Of a stretch of DNA of 64,000 nt, positions 47,317 to 58,225 are shown one piece after another. The stretch covers positions 34,650 through 98,649 of IMG/VR virus record IMGVR_UViG_3300046820_001050. The stretch is one strand, 5' to 3'. Origin of the DNA: a virus. Within the stretch, counting starts at the first letter, position 1. Each line of letters begins with the position of its first letter. A program made the translations under genes and the position numbers. The notes under the pieces were generated by a model that saw nothing but the letters and a program-made list of their open reading frames with translations, made no database searches and was not told where the DNA came from.

Positions 47317-47993
47317 TATGCAATCCTCCCTGCATTAGCCACCCATTGGTATCCAGTCTTTAATCCTAAAGACCTACCGCCTCTTTTTGCTGCTGATAAA
47401 TTTTTCTTATAAAACTCTGGATACTTAAAGTACTGAAGAAGCCCACTTGCGTTTAAGAATGATTGTCTAAAGTATACACCAAAAAAGTTATTAAGAACAT
47501 TTTCAAACTGTCCCTGTGTTTGTCCACCAGGATTGTCAACAACAACATCTCTTGAAGTATAAACCTCTTCGCCATTAATTTCAAAACGTAGAGCGTTTGC
47601 TCTTACAGGCTTAATAGTGACCGCAACACCTTCTTCCATAATCTTTGCTTTATTATAGAAAGGAACATTTGAGCCATTTTTAATTGAAGTTGACTGCTTT
47701 AAAGACGATGTAAATGTTATGCCAATCTTGCTAATTTTGTAATCTAAATCAAATAGTCTTGCTTCTGGACTTCCAACTTTTTCCCACTCATAGATGTGGT
47801 GAAGTAATTCTGGAGACATTCTTGCATTTACGTCAATGAACTGTGACGCTAGTTCTGTTATCTTTGGTGCTAATGCCATATAGAATTCAGACTTACCATT
47901 CTGTATACCCTCGACAAATCCAGTCGAGTATTTCATTATGTTATTAATTTCTTTTTCAAATTGCCTATTATCAAATACCACTTTTAACATCAT
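47316..47993 (-). CDS. Putative neck/tail completion protein
   Basis: Synteny in the head-tail block. Confidence 0.5.
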   Translation of the reverse strand: MMLKVVFDNRQFEKEINNIMKYSTGFVEGIQNGKSEFYMALAPKITELASQFIDVNARMSPELLHHIYEWEKVGSPEARLFDLDYKISKIGITFTSSLKQSTSIKNGSNVPFYNKAKIMEEGVAVTIKPVRANALRFEINGEEVYTSRDVVVDNPGGQTQGQFENVLNNFFGVYFRQSFLNASGLLQYFKYPEFYKKNLSAAKRGGRSLGLKTGYQWVANAGRIA

Positions 47994-48436
47994 ACATCTA
48001 CCGCCTGATTTTCGGACCTGCGAATTACCAGGTTGTAGTATTCGATTCCACCAAAAGGTCCTACAAAAGGCTCCTGTGTAGCAATCTCAAATATAGTTGA
48101 CTTGCCTGATCTTGGACCAGATGTTTCCATATAAATTTCGTTGCAGTTCTTGTCACGAATGTTAGTTAAAATAATGTTTGTTATAGAATGAGGGGCATCT
48201 AAACTTGATATTCTTAGGTCTGTCTTTGCTCTTCCAATTAAACTTGATCTTTGGGTAATATTTACATTGGGTCTTACTTCTTCGTTTCCTGCAGAACCTA
48301 CTGCATTAAAATTAGCAGCAATAGTCTTATCTAAAACCCAAGTCTTTTTAACATTGCCATAGGTTCCTTGCTCAACAATTGGATAGTAAATATCCGCTTG
48401 CAATGGAAATATAAAATCTGGCTCTTCGCATATCAT
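47990..48436 (-). CDS. Putative head closure protein
   Basis: Synteny; beta-rich, 148 aa. Confidence 0.55.
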   Translation of the reverse strand: MICEEPDFIFPLQADIYYPIVEQGTYGNVKKTWVLDKTIAANFNAVGSAGNEEVRPNVNITQRSSLIGRAKTDLRISSLDAPHSITNIILTNIRDKNCNEIYMETSGPRSGKSTIFEIATQEPFVGPFGGIEYYNLVIRRSENQAVDV

Positions 48437-49344
48437 TAAATCATCCCTGGTTTAAGAATAGTATTTGCATACTTATCTAATATCTTATCTACTAGCATAT
48501 TTCCAGTTCCATTAAGAACTGACTTATCAAATTGAATCCTAAACTGATCTGTATTGTATGCAGTCACATATCTCTTATAATAATCCAACTTTCCACATTT
48601 TATATCTTCCATTAATGTTTTTGTTGCATACTCTACGTCAGATGGAATTGTTTTATACCCGCAGTCAAGAACAAATGTATAGTCATATCCCGCTGGAAAA
48701 GAGGCAAACTGAAACCCAAAGTATCCAAGGTCTCCTCTTCCTATTGGAAGGTTTGGAACAGCCTGCTCAGATCTGTTATATACACCAGAAATAACTCTTT
48801 GAATTGCAGAATTATCTAATGTAATCAAATATTCATACTCATTTAGTTCTGGAGTATCGACATCATAAACTAAAACATTGTTTTCATAAACTTTTAAAAC
48901 CTTGCTTGTGTCGTACCATAATGGGAAATAATCAGATCCCTGACCAACTGCCTGAACAATCTTTTTGTAATTGTAAAATCCATTTGGAATAATTGTGTCA
49001 ATAATTGATCTTGATACAAGTTCAAGCATTCTGTATTCTGCAATTTCTGATGCTGTAGTGCCAAGTTTATTTGCATTTACATATGGACGAATAACATCTA
49101 AATTGCTTTCATAAAGAATATGCTCACGCTCTGCATCATAAAAACGAATAAGAAACTTTCTATCAAACTGTATTTTTTCTAATTGTAATACGTATTCAAC
49201 TATGCCATCGGCATCTGACTGTACTTCTGTTTCTATTACTGAGTGATCCACCAAATCCTCAACATATTGAATATATGTGTAGTTTGGTATGGGTAATTCC
49301 CATACTGTCACAATAGGATAAGGTGGAACTCTCATAACCTCCAT
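48436..49344 (-). CDS. Putative head-tail adaptor
   Basis: GY..IPSDVEYA..L motif, C-terminal VDKILDKY; synteny. Confidence 0.6.
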   Translation of the reverse strand: MEVMRVPPYPIVTVWELPIPNYTYIQYVEDLVDHSVIETEVQSDADGIVEYVLQLEKIQFDRKFLIRFYDAEREHILYESNLDVIRPYVNANKLGTTASEIAEYRMLELVSRSIIDTIIPNGFYNYKKIVQAVGQGSDYFPLWYDTSKVLKVYENNVLVYDVDTPELNEYEYLITLDNSAIQRVISGVYNRSEQAVPNLPIGRGDLGYFGFQFASFPAGYDYTFVLDCGYKTIPSDVEYATKTLMEDIKCGKLDYYKRYVTAYNTDQFRIQFDKSVLNGTGNMLVDKILDKYANTILKPGMI

Positions 49345-49347
49345 TGC

Positions 49348-49857
49348 TTACTTACCGAATTCCTTAGCAACTTCTTCTGGTGTTGCTACACGAACATGTG
49401 AACGAGTAAGCCACTTTTCAGCAGCATCCTTTTCAACAATGTTGTAGCCACGATAAACCTTGCCTACCTCTGACCATGTAACATTTTTTGTTGAGTAAAT
49501 TGCTACCTTTTCTACAACTGAGGCTTCTGCCTTCTTCTTTGCTGGTCTTGGTTGACGAACTGCTGTCGTTGCTCCAATTGCACCATCTCCTACTGTGCCA
49601 AGTGCTGGAACTTCCTCTATATGTGATTCATATGAAGGCGTTGTGATTGCAGTTACTGGCTCTTCAACAACTGGTGCTGGAGCCTCTACTTCAGGTTCTG
49701 CTGGAGTTTCTGTCACAGGTGCTTCTTCAACAACTGGTGCCTCGTGGACCACAGGTGCTTCTTCAACAACTGGTGCCTCGTGGACCACAGGTGCTTCTTC
49801 AACAACTGGTGATTCAACTACTGCTTCTTCTGGTGCAGGATTATTTAAATTTTCCAT
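49348..49857 (-). CDS. Acidic Glu/Ala/Pro/Val-rich protein with a small C-terminal domain
   Basis: VVEEAPVVHEAP repeats; AGGAGG SD; follows the capsid terminator. Confidence 0.75.
   Translation of the reverse strand: MENLNNPAPEEAVVESPVVEEAPVVHEAPVVEEAPVVHEAPVVEEAPVTETPAEPEVEAPAPVVEEPVTAITTPSYESHIEEVPALGTVGDGAIGATTAVRQPRPAKKKAEASVVEKVAIYSTKNVTWSEVGKVYRGYNIVEKDAAEKWLTRSHVRVATPEEVAKEFGK
49714..49810. repeat. 36-bp in-frame tandem repeat (about 2.5 copies)
   Basis: Unit ggtgcctcgtggaccacaggtgcttcttcaacaact. Confidence 0.85.
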
Positions 49858-49892
49858 GTTTTCCTCCTAAATAGTATTATATCATTATAAGT

Positions 49893-49929
49893 AATAAGGG
49901 GAGCAGGAGAACTAACTCCTACTCCCCCT
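49893..49929 (-). terminator. Terminator after major capsid gene
   Basis: GGGGAGTAGGAG-TTAGTT-CTCCTGCTCCCC followed by TTATT. Confidence 0.8.
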
Positions 49930-49948
49930 AAAATGTACTGTTTACAGA

Positions 49949-51094
49949 TTATGCATCTGATGCAGCGTCAGCGAATGCGATTGCATCCTGCTCTTCCCAC
50001 TGAATACCGAAGCGAACAAAGACTGTGTATTCTACAGTATCCTTCTTTGGCTTGTATTCGCGGTTTACAGTGATGTCACGCTGGAATCCCCATACACGGT
50101 TCTGTGGGAATGTCAAGTCAACATATCCTGCAGGGTAGTATGGAACTTCCTGTACGTCAATTCCGAGAACACGTGTTGTACGTGCTCCACCGAATGTCTG
50201 TGCTCCACCATCAAGGTATGCCTGACGGTTTGTTGGAGTACCACCAGCACGTGATGCAAATGCTTCAGCAACTGCGTCTGCTAGTGTACCGTTATTCTTG
50301 ACGATACCCTGGAATGCGTCTGTACCAGCATAGAACTTCAAGTTAGACTTGATAGCACGATACTTACGTGGCATTGCTAGGATAATGTTCTGCATTACAT
50401 CTGTTGTCCAGGCGTTATTAGCGACTGTTACAACTGACTCATGAGCATCTCCGTCTGTCTTAACACGGTTTACGAAACCTTCCATAATTGAAAGGAAGTT
50501 TCCTGTTGCGCCATCGCCATTGATTGCAAGGTCTTCGATATCGTTACCGAAAGCATTTGTCATCAAACGGACAATGTGATCTTCTAGTGCTGCACCTTCG
50601 ATATTATCTTCTAGTGCTTCTGCAGATACTTCCCAGTCAAGACGAATCTTCTTTGTAGTCAATTCAACCTTTGAGAATGTTGCACCTGCGTTTGTGTAAT
50701 CGCCAACTGCTTGCGCTGCTGCACGAATGACACGCTCTCCGACGTTTACCTTTTCGAGTTCCATTGTGTTGGCTCTCATTGTAACGCGACGGCCATCTTG
50801 GGCGAGAATGGTTGCATCCCACACGTAGTCAATAAAACGACGTGCCTGCTCTGGGCGTAGGATACCTGATCCAGCCTCACCTGAAGGGTTAACTGCATTT
50901 GGTCCAGATGTAACGCCTGATAGTGCTGTTGGGATATTTCCTAACACGCCACCATCGGTGTAATTACCTGGTACGTTTGAACCTGCTTCAGATCCAGATG
51001 CGAATGCACCTTGTCCCTGATACAGTCCTGGTGCTGTTCCACCAAGATTACCTGATGTTCCAGGCTGGTTCTTTTCTATATTTTGTTCCGACAT
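49949..51094 (-). CDS. Major capsid protein (HK97 fold)
   Basis: GILRPEQARRFID, EALEDNIEG and DIEDLAINGD; strong SD AGGAGGTGA; highly expressed codon bias. Confidence 0.92.
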   Translation of the reverse strand: MSEQNIEKNQPGTSGNLGGTAPGLYQGQGAFASGSEAGSNVPGNYTDGGVLGNIPTALSGVTSGPNAVNPSGEAGSGILRPEQARRFIDYVWDATILAQDGRRVTMRANTMELEKVNVGERVIRAAAQAVGDYTNAGATFSKVELTTKKIRLDWEVSAEALEDNIEGAALEDHIVRLMTNAFGNDIEDLAINGDGATGNFLSIMEGFVNRVKTDGDAHESVVTVANNAWTTDVMQNIILAMPRKYRAIKSNLKFYAGTDAFQGIVKNNGTLADAVAEAFASRAGGTPTNRQAYLDGGAQTFGGARTTRVLGIDVQEVPYYPAGYVDLTFPQNRVWGFQRDITVNREYKPKKDTVEYTVFVRFGIQWEEQDAIAFADAASDA

Positions 51095-51129
51095 ATTGTC
51101 ACCTCCTGTGATTTTTACTTATTTGTTTT

Positions 51130-52446
51130 TTAATTGAATAAGTCGGCTGTTTTGAGGAAACTACCGCCCCATAGGGATTTTTCAACCGTTTCAGGTTGAT
51201 TCTGTACTATCTCGCCGAGATCGCCAGACTTTCGGAAAGCAGTGTCTTGCTCTACAAGTTCCACACGCTTACCAAATTCATTGAATGTATTTGTTGCTGC
51301 TGCAATATCTTTTGCAACTGCTTCAAATGATTGTTTTGCTGTTTCAACATCTACCTTTGAAGACTTAAGCATTTCTACTTCTGCCTGCAAAGACTTTACT
51401 GTTGAAACTAGATCGCTAAAGGCTGATTCTAGAGTATTTTTGATTTCTTCAACTGATTCAACAATTGTTTCATCTGATTTAGATACCTCTGTAACTTCTT
51501 CAACTACATCAACTGCAGGAGCCTCTTCAGGCTTTGCAACTTCTTCTACTGCTACGACTTCATCAGCCTTAACAACATCTTCTGTAGGTGCATCTACTAC
51601 GGCATCAACCTCTGGAGCGACCTCTGACTTTTCTACTTCTACTGCTGCTTCTGTTTCAATAACTTCTGCAACTGCTTCTGTGTTTTCTGTCATAGGTTGT
51701 ACCTCCTTGTTAATCTTAGAAGTATTAATGCCTTTAGCACTATCAACTAAGAATTTTATCATTGTTGTTTTTTCACTATCCGTTTTTTCAACGAACCCTA
51801 TGTTTTCCATTTGCTCACCAGTAATTGGGCTAAGTTCTGATTCATTTTCAGATGCTATAACTATTCCATTTTCCTTGTCGTAAAAAACATTTTCTAGCAC
51901 TGTTTCGTCTGCCTTGATAACATCTACGCCATCAACCTTTTCAACAGATACTATATTTGCAAATTGATTTGCTGGGGAATCTACAAGACTCAACTCAACC
52001 AAATCATATTCCTTAATAACTCTAATTGTTTTGTCTGCCTTCTCATCATAGGCATCGTCCCACTTGTTCATTCGTCCACCAATAGAAAAACCAGTCAAAG
52101 TTCCATCAAGAACTTTCTCCCATGTATCCTGTGCACCCTTTGAAACATATGCAGATACAAATACGCCCTTATAAAACTTCTTTGTTTCTGGATCAAAATA
52201 CTTATCTTCTTTAAAGTCTACCATCTTGCCTACTGCTACTGGCTGATGCATTTCTCTAATGTTCCCACGGAATTTTGCAAAGGCTGCCATTGATGCTTCT
52301 GCGGTTACGATGTCATCCTGCTTATCAATATTGTCAAGGGATGCAAAACCAGATACAATTCTGCGTTCTTTATCTACCTTGGTTAAAGGCATAGATAGGC
52401 GAATATTATCACCATCTGAATTCCAATGCGCTTTTGATATAATCAT
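51130..52446 (-). CDS. Prohead protease fused to an acidic scaffold-like region
   Basis: IREMH, GFSIGG and ELSLVDSPAN protease motifs; Glu/Val-rich coiled C-terminal half. Confidence 0.88.
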   Translation of the reverse strand: MIISKAHWNSDGDNIRLSMPLTKVDKERRIVSGFASLDNIDKQDDIVTAEASMAAFAKFRGNIREMHQPVAVGKMVDFKEDKYFDPETKKFYKGVFVSAYVSKGAQDTWEKVLDGTLTGFSIGGRMNKWDDAYDEKADKTIRVIKEYDLVELSLVDSPANQFANIVSVEKVDGVDVIKADETVLENVFYDKENGIVIASENESELSPITGEQMENIGFVEKTDSEKTTMIKFLVDSAKGINTSKINKEVQPMTENTEAVAEVIETEAAVEVEKSEVAPEVDAVVDAPTEDVVKADEVVAVEEVAKPEEAPAVDVVEEVTEVSKSDETIVESVEEIKNTLESAFSDLVSTVKSLQAEVEMLKSSKVDVETAKQSFEAVAKDIAAATNTFNEFGKRVELVEQDTAFRKSGDLGEIVQNQPETVEKSLWGGSFLKTADLFN

Positions 52447-52484
52447 GGTTATTATATTATATACCCTTTTTTGCTAAAGTATCA

Positions 52485-54092
52485 CTATTCGGACATTTCG
52501 GTCAGATCATCAACCTTACGGCCTTCGCCTTTGGGATTTCTTCCACTTACTGTGGCTTGTCCATCAGACTGGTTGTTTGTTCTTTCAGTGTCCCTTGCTC
52601 TGTTAGCATTATCGTTTGCTGTCTGTTCTGGCTTTGGATCAAACGGCTCGTTGCCACCCTCGATTTGAGGAAGTCCAAGAAGTTCTCGACCTTCGTTTGG
52701 TAGCATAACCTGTGTCTTAACAAGTCTTTCGATAATCTGTGATTGAGCAATTTCATCTGTAAGTGTAAGTTCATTGAACTTAAACTCAAGAATATCTGTC
52801 TTTTCTTTTACGATCTTGTTGATCATTTTTTCAAGATTTCTTTGTGCTGGTCTTGCAACCTGCTCTTTAAATGTTCTATCCTGTGCAAGTGCTGCAGCAA
52901 TAGCAGAAGAGTCTCCTCCGCCAATTTTTGACAAAGGCACCTGGTGAGCAACAAGAATATCATCTCTATTTTGCTTACGATATTCCTTAAAGGATGCTTC
53001 CTGAACACCATTTTCAACTGGGTCCATTTTAAACTCTACCTTGTTTGTGTCAGAGTCTCCTGGAAGAGGAATGTAAAGTGTTCTATGGTTTTGTCCCTTA
53101 AGTCCAGTCTGTAAAAATCTAAACATCTTGTCTTCTGCTTCTGGAGATAACTTTGCACCTTTAAGAGTTACAACATATCTTGGCGTTGCCTTATTCTGGA
53201 AATAATCAATGTTATATTGTGACGCAAGTTGATCACCATGAAGAGATCCAATTGCTGACATTATATCTGGGACACCATAAAAAGTATTTAGTGGTGAGTA
53301 TTCTTTAAAATGAATAATCTCATTTGGTCTTGTGTCTGCTCCTACTGGGTTTGGATTTGTTGCTCCGAAATTACGGAAGTATACAACCTTGTTTCCAATA
53401 ACCTGAACAAACCCATCACGAAGACGACGCACACGCATTGTAGTTGATGGGATGTGCCCTACATAACCAATATCTCCACGAACTGTTCTACCTATTTCAA
53501 GATATGCATTTCCTGTTGACTGTAGGTCAGTAAATACCTTTTCCATAGTTGTAGTAAATGAGTCTTCATCGTTTAAAGATTCTAGCCAATCAGTTAACTC
53601 AATCTTTGCTCTTTCAATTCTTTTCCTTGCATTTTCTGCTGTCTTTGGTTCTGATGCCTCTAACTTAAGCATTGTTCTCTTAGAGACCTTAAACTCATAT
53701 CCAAGTCCAACAATGTTTTCTACCTTTGCATCAATTGCAGCATGGTTTGCAAATGAAGTGTCGTAAAAACTTGCTAGTTCGTACAAGTTCCATGGTGGCG
53801 TAATTACATCAAATAAGCCGTATGCATTTCTGTATACAGTTCCTGAATTAATTTCTTTTGATCTTGCACCATCAATACCGACGCTCTCTGCTCTCGAACT
53901 ATCGATGTATCCCTGTGTTGCTTCAGTTTTTACAATACGAGATGTTCTTCTTTTAAAGTTGTTGTCTAAGCCTTGCAAATCTTTAATTACATCCCATGTT
54001 TGATTAAAAGGGTCTTGCTTTGTAAAAGTATCATCTGCTGGTAGTGGAGAATCTGTTTTTGCTCTAATAAAGAATTCTTTTTCTTCACTCAT
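52485..54092 (-). CDS. Portal protein
   Basis: GNAYLE, EIIHFK.YSP...YGVP, YFQN.ATP and PNEGRELLGL. Confidence 0.92.
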   Translation of the reverse strand: MSEEKEFFIRAKTDSPLPADDTFTKQDPFNQTWDVIKDLQGLDNNFKRRTSRIVKTEATQGYIDSSRAESVGIDGARSKEINSGTVYRNAYGLFDVITPPWNLYELASFYDTSFANHAAIDAKVENIVGLGYEFKVSKRTMLKLEASEPKTAENARKRIERAKIELTDWLESLNDEDSFTTTMEKVFTDLQSTGNAYLEIGRTVRGDIGYVGHIPSTTMRVRRLRDGFVQVIGNKVVYFRNFGATNPNPVGADTRPNEIIHFKEYSPLNTFYGVPDIMSAIGSLHGDQLASQYNIDYFQNKATPRYVVTLKGAKLSPEAEDKMFRFLQTGLKGQNHRTLYIPLPGDSDTNKVEFKMDPVENGVQEASFKEYRKQNRDDILVAHQVPLSKIGGGDSSAIAAALAQDRTFKEQVARPAQRNLEKMINKIVKEKTDILEFKFNELTLTDEIAQSQIIERLVKTQVMLPNEGRELLGLPQIEGGNEPFDPKPEQTANDNANRARDTERTNNQSDGQATVSGRNPKGEGRKVDDLTEMSE

Positions 54093-54496
54093 TAGTCATC
54101 ACTTCCATACTTAGCAATAGTATCCTTTGCTGCTTGAACAGCACCAAGGTCGTTCATAGAAGGAATCAATCCTTCTGCTAGTCTTTGCTTTTGCTCAGAG
54201 TATTCTTCTTCTGAGATTCTTGTTAATCCTGGTACGAAGATGCATTCACCATCTCCTTCATCCCCGTAATATTTTGCAGCATCCTTTAGTTTAGAAATCT
54301 GAAGGATATCACCTTTCATTGACTCAATATTTAAAACAGAACCATTTCCATCTGTAAACCACTTGCCATTGGCCTTTTTGTATACATATAGACCCCAATC
54401 ATAATGCTTTTCAATAATTTTTGCACGGGACTCTCCCACTTGCCCCTTCATTTTGGGCAGTTGCTTCTTCTTTTTGCGTGGATCTTCCATATTCAT
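54092..54496 (-). CDS. Hypothetical protein upstream of portal
   Basis: 134-aa ORF coupled to the portal; leaderless promoter. Confidence 0.7.
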   Translation of the reverse strand: MNMEDPRKKKKQLPKMKGQVGESRAKIIEKHYDWGLYVYKKANGKWFTDGNGSVLNIESMKGDILQISKLKDAAKYYGDEGDGECIFVPGLTRISEEEYSEQKQRLAEGLIPSMNDLGAVQAAKDTIAKYGSDD

Positions 54497-54514
54497 ATAC
54501 TCAAGTATACCATA

Positions 54515-57500
54515 TTAGACAGCATCAACAGTAGTTTGTTGCAAAGTTATACCTTTATAGACATTATATTCATATCCGTTTACCGTAAACACCTTTTCGG
54601 TATCAATAATAATCTTGTTAGTTCCAGTATAACTCTTGTAAACTGTCTCTGGATTTACGCCATAATAACTACTTGAGGCCAAAACTAATACCCCGTCCCA
54701 AATAAAGGCTGAAGACTTCCAATAATCCCATTCAAGAGTAAGTGGGCTTGCATACTTCACAGCAAACCATGGGCGAATCTCTACCTGCTGGACCTCCTGA
54801 AGGTTTGTAGACTGGTAGTATGAAATAGTATTAAACGTAATAGGTCCATTAAGATTTATTGATCCAACTCTATTTTTAAAGTCTAAAATATTTGGAAAAG
54901 ATATTCCCAAGAATCCCCACTCTTTTACTGTAATAACTGGCTCTTTTACAAGTTTGCCATTCCAATAAAAAGATATTCCATCTTCTAATCTTCCAGTTTT
55001 TGCATTAATTGCATAGATCTTTGCTCTTTCTCCACTTGGGTGAATTGCAACCATATAAAACTTTATGTGAGTATTCCTTGATTGTATCTCAAATATTTCT
55101 GTTGATCCATATGGAAATGCATCTTGGTCATATCTTATGGCTGTTTGTAAGGCTATAACTTTGTAGTTTTCTGCCATTGTTTTATTTATTGGAATAGAAA
55201 GACCACGGTTAATTAGTGGGTCATAAACACCCTTTAACTCTATCCCAGTATATCTTGTTAGATATAGGTATGGAGAACTACCCTTATAAATCGTAAAAGG
55301 ATTTCTTTCTTTATAATCATAATAGAAACCAGATTTTTTATATGGATATATCTCATTGCCAAACCTTGTTCCAATAGGGTTTGGAGATGTTGCGTTAAAT
55401 GCTTGAGATGCGTACTCAAGGTTTCTAACCTTAATTCTATTTTTCAATATTCCCTTGACATTAAAATCTAAGTGTGTGACTATTGCAAGGTCCAGAGTTC
55501 TTGCATTTGATGGTGGGTAAATAATCATGTTATTAACTACTTCATATTTTGTGTTAATCCAGTTTTCTCCTGGGACAACAAAAGAATCGTTTGATGGTTT
55601 TTCACTATTAACAAAATTTGACTCTGGCAGATTTGTTCCATTTTCAATATATTGAAAAGTAATATATGATTTTACCAAAGCATTTGACGTATCATACTTA
55701 TAATTTTTGTAGGCTCTATTTTTTAAATCATCATAATTTAAATATCCAGTAAATAACTGATTATCTAATGATGAGTATGTTCTCTGAGTTGGCACATTGT
55801 ATTGGTCATACAATTGTTCATATGTCCAAGAACCAGTTTGCTCTTCTTCAACAAAGACTGATGGGGCTGGGTAATTTATATTAAACTGAATTAGGTCTAA
55901 ATCATATACATCTTTGCCTTTTTCATCTTTAATGTATTGGGCAAAATATGTAAGAGGAATGTAGTCTTCCCAATAACCTTGAATGTCAATGTCTAAAGTG
56001 TAGTTGTCAAAATATGAAGATGGTGATAAAGTATAACTTGCTGTATGTCCTTGGAAACTTTCTACTGGATAAGAATTTACACTGCCTGAGTCAACAATTT
56101 CGTCCCACTCTGCAGGATTTGTTCCAAAATAATTATCTGTTGAGTTGTATTCTACATCAATTGTGTCTGCATATAAATCAAAAACATTTTCATCGCCTAC
56201 AGGGATTCCTTTTTCATTAAACAGGTACTCAATTTTTTTGTGATTTCTTGCCGTACAAAAACCAACCTTATAAATTTTTCCAGAGAATGTTTCTGTAAGA
56301 TTTGATTTTCCACCTATATAGAACTTAAGGGTGTTTACATTTCCAAAGAATGATGCAACATTTCCTCCAAAGTATTTAGAAACTTTATCTATATCTATTC
56401 CTACAGAAAACATCTCATTTACAGTAATTCCAGCAAGCGTATTTTCGTTAGACCATGAAAATTTTGCAAGTGTTATTGGCTCAGTTGATCCAGACTTTAA
56501 GATATAAACTACATCGTTACTAAGCGTAGATATTTCAAAGTAATCTGAAGAGTTCTGAGACTCTATTCTGAAAAGTATTTGCTTGGTTGTAGGCTCTTGT
56601 AAAAACTTAAACGATCCATAAAAGGATCTAATCTTTTGATTTAAAAAATTTAAATTATCAAAATACATGTAACCGTTTTGTGCTGGGTTAAAAGAAAAAA
56701 ACTTTTCAGTTTCATTTTGCATTGTTCCTAATTGAGAATATAAACTATGAATATCAGAAGATGCTAGTACTATTTCTGGCAAAGAGTATTCTGGTGTACA
56801 AAGCATGTTATTTTCTACGGCAAGGTTATCAATTACTGCCTGACTCCACTTTCCAATATTTGGATAAGAGTAATTGTTTGTATAATCTGCAAATGGATAA
56901 TCTATATAAACTGATGATCCACTATATGCTTGATTAATTCCCTCTGGAAATTCAACTCCTTGTCCATATATAAATCTTTTCTTTGCTAATACTAGTGGTA
57001 CTTGATAAGTATAAATTGCAACGCAGTCAAGTTCTACTGGAGACACATCTTCGTATGCATAAAACCCAATCCAGTCTTGATCTTTTCCAAGTGAATTAAG
57101 TTTTGATGGTAGTTGTAATTCTGAAGTTATATAGTTAAGAGATATAACTTCTTCGCCATTTATAAGCATAGATGCATAGTTTTCTGAAATACGAACATGC
57201 ATTAACATTGGCCTTGTCCATTCACCAACATAATAAGAACCAGAAATATTTCCAATCTTTAAAGTAAGGAATGGCCCATCAACATAAATACCATCATCAG
57301 AACCTATTGGACCAATAATTCTTTTAATAGTAGACGAGTCAGAGTTGATTCTAAGCCAAGCCTCTAACGTGTACTCTTTGTATTGACCACCTTCAGATAA
57401 AAACCCTAGCCCTGGAATGATTAAAGAGGGGTCTCCGTTGTTTGGCAAAAGTTTTGTAAGATTTGATGCCCCGTATACAATTGGAATTCCAGTGTTCTTT

Positions 57501-58225
57501 GCCATAAGGCTGTTGTCTTTGACTAAGTAATATCCTTTGTTGTCTTGTAGACCATAAGCGTTTGCCTCAATTCCAAAATATGGACTTAATGCTATGTCTG
57601 ATGGTATTGATATTTTTTGAACACCTAAAGATGATGAATTAAATTCTTCACACCACTGACCAGCGGTGATTCCATTAACAAGAAATTGATAATCATCTAC
57701 AGTTGATGCTCCGCCAATATAGTTGATCTTTAATACAATTCTAAATTCTGTATTATCTTCTGGGATGTCAAATGTCTCAGAGATAAAAAACCATTTATCT
57801 TTAACAGATGTTGTGTATGACTTAAGTCTTTGAATTGTACTTCCAGATGTTGTGTCATAGTACTCATAGCCAATTTCAAAACTAGAAGCATAGGCGCTTA
57901 TTGAATTAAAAAATGCACCAATTGAGAATGTGGACAGGTTGTCATTTAGAGATGAAAAGTTAACTATATTGTTGCTTATGCAAACAATTTGTCCAAAGTC
58001 ATTTTCTGTAAGAGTTCCTGTAATTTTTACTGTTTGACTACCAATAAAAGGCTCGTCAGTCGTAATGTGGTTCACTGCCGTTCCATTGCTTATTGTCCAA
58101 GAAGTTACATTTCTGTCAGCCTCATCAACTAAACTAATGTAATCTGCAACGTCATCTAATGCCCAAAGAGCGATGGGATGTTCTGCATATATTTTTTCTG
58201 CATAGAGGTTGGATGAACTAGACAT
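54515..58225 (-). CDS. Large virion protein with LamG/concanavalin-like domains
   Basis: HPIALWALD N-terminus and YTLEAWLRI; beta-rich and aromatic, 1236 aa. Confidence 0.6.
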   Translation of the reverse strand: MSSSSNLYAEKIYAEHPIALWALDDVADYISLVDEADRNVTSWTISNGTAVNHITTDEPFIGSQTVKITGTLTENDFGQIVCISNNIVNFSSLNDNLSTFSIGAFFNSISAYASSFEIGYEYYDTTSGSTIQRLKSYTTSVKDKWFFISETFDIPEDNTEFRIVLKINYIGGASTVDDYQFLVNGITAGQWCEEFNSSSLGVQKISIPSDIALSPYFGIEANAYGLQDNKGYYLVKDNSLMAKNTGIPIVYGASNLTKLLPNNGDPSLIIPGLGFLSEGGQYKEYTLEAWLRINSDSSTIKRIIGPIGSDDGIYVDGPFLTLKIGNISGSYYVGEWTRPMLMHVRISENYASMLINGEEVISLNYITSELQLPSKLNSLGKDQDWIGFYAYEDVSPVELDCVAIYTYQVPLVLAKKRFIYGQGVEFPEGINQAYSGSSVYIDYPFADYTNNYSYPNIGKWSQAVIDNLAVENNMLCTPEYSLPEIVLASSDIHSLYSQLGTMQNETEKFFSFNPAQNGYMYFDNLNFLNQKIRSFYGSFKFLQEPTTKQILFRIESQNSSDYFEISTLSNDVVYILKSGSTEPITLAKFSWSNENTLAGITVNEMFSVGIDIDKVSKYFGGNVASFFGNVNTLKFYIGGKSNLTETFSGKIYKVGFCTARNHKKIEYLFNEKGIPVGDENVFDLYADTIDVEYNSTDNYFGTNPAEWDEIVDSGSVNSYPVESFQGHTASYTLSPSSYFDNYTLDIDIQGYWEDYIPLTYFAQYIKDEKGKDVYDLDLIQFNINYPAPSVFVEEEQTGSWTYEQLYDQYNVPTQRTYSSLDNQLFTGYLNYDDLKNRAYKNYKYDTSNALVKSYITFQYIENGTNLPESNFVNSEKPSNDSFVVPGENWINTKYEVVNNMIIYPPSNARTLDLAIVTHLDFNVKGILKNRIKVRNLEYASQAFNATSPNPIGTRFGNEIYPYKKSGFYYDYKERNPFTIYKGSSPYLYLTRYTGIELKGVYDPLINRGLSIPINKTMAENYKVIALQTAIRYDQDAFPYGSTEIFEIQSRNTHIKFYMVAIHPSGERAKIYAINAKTGRLEDGISFYWNGKLVKEPVITVKEWGFLGISFPNILDFKNRVGSINLNGPITFNTISYYQSTNLQEVQQVEIRPWFAVKYASPLTLEWDYWKSSAFIWDGVLVLASSSYYGVNPETVYKSYTGTNKIIIDTEKVFTVNGYEYNVYKGITLQQTTVDAV

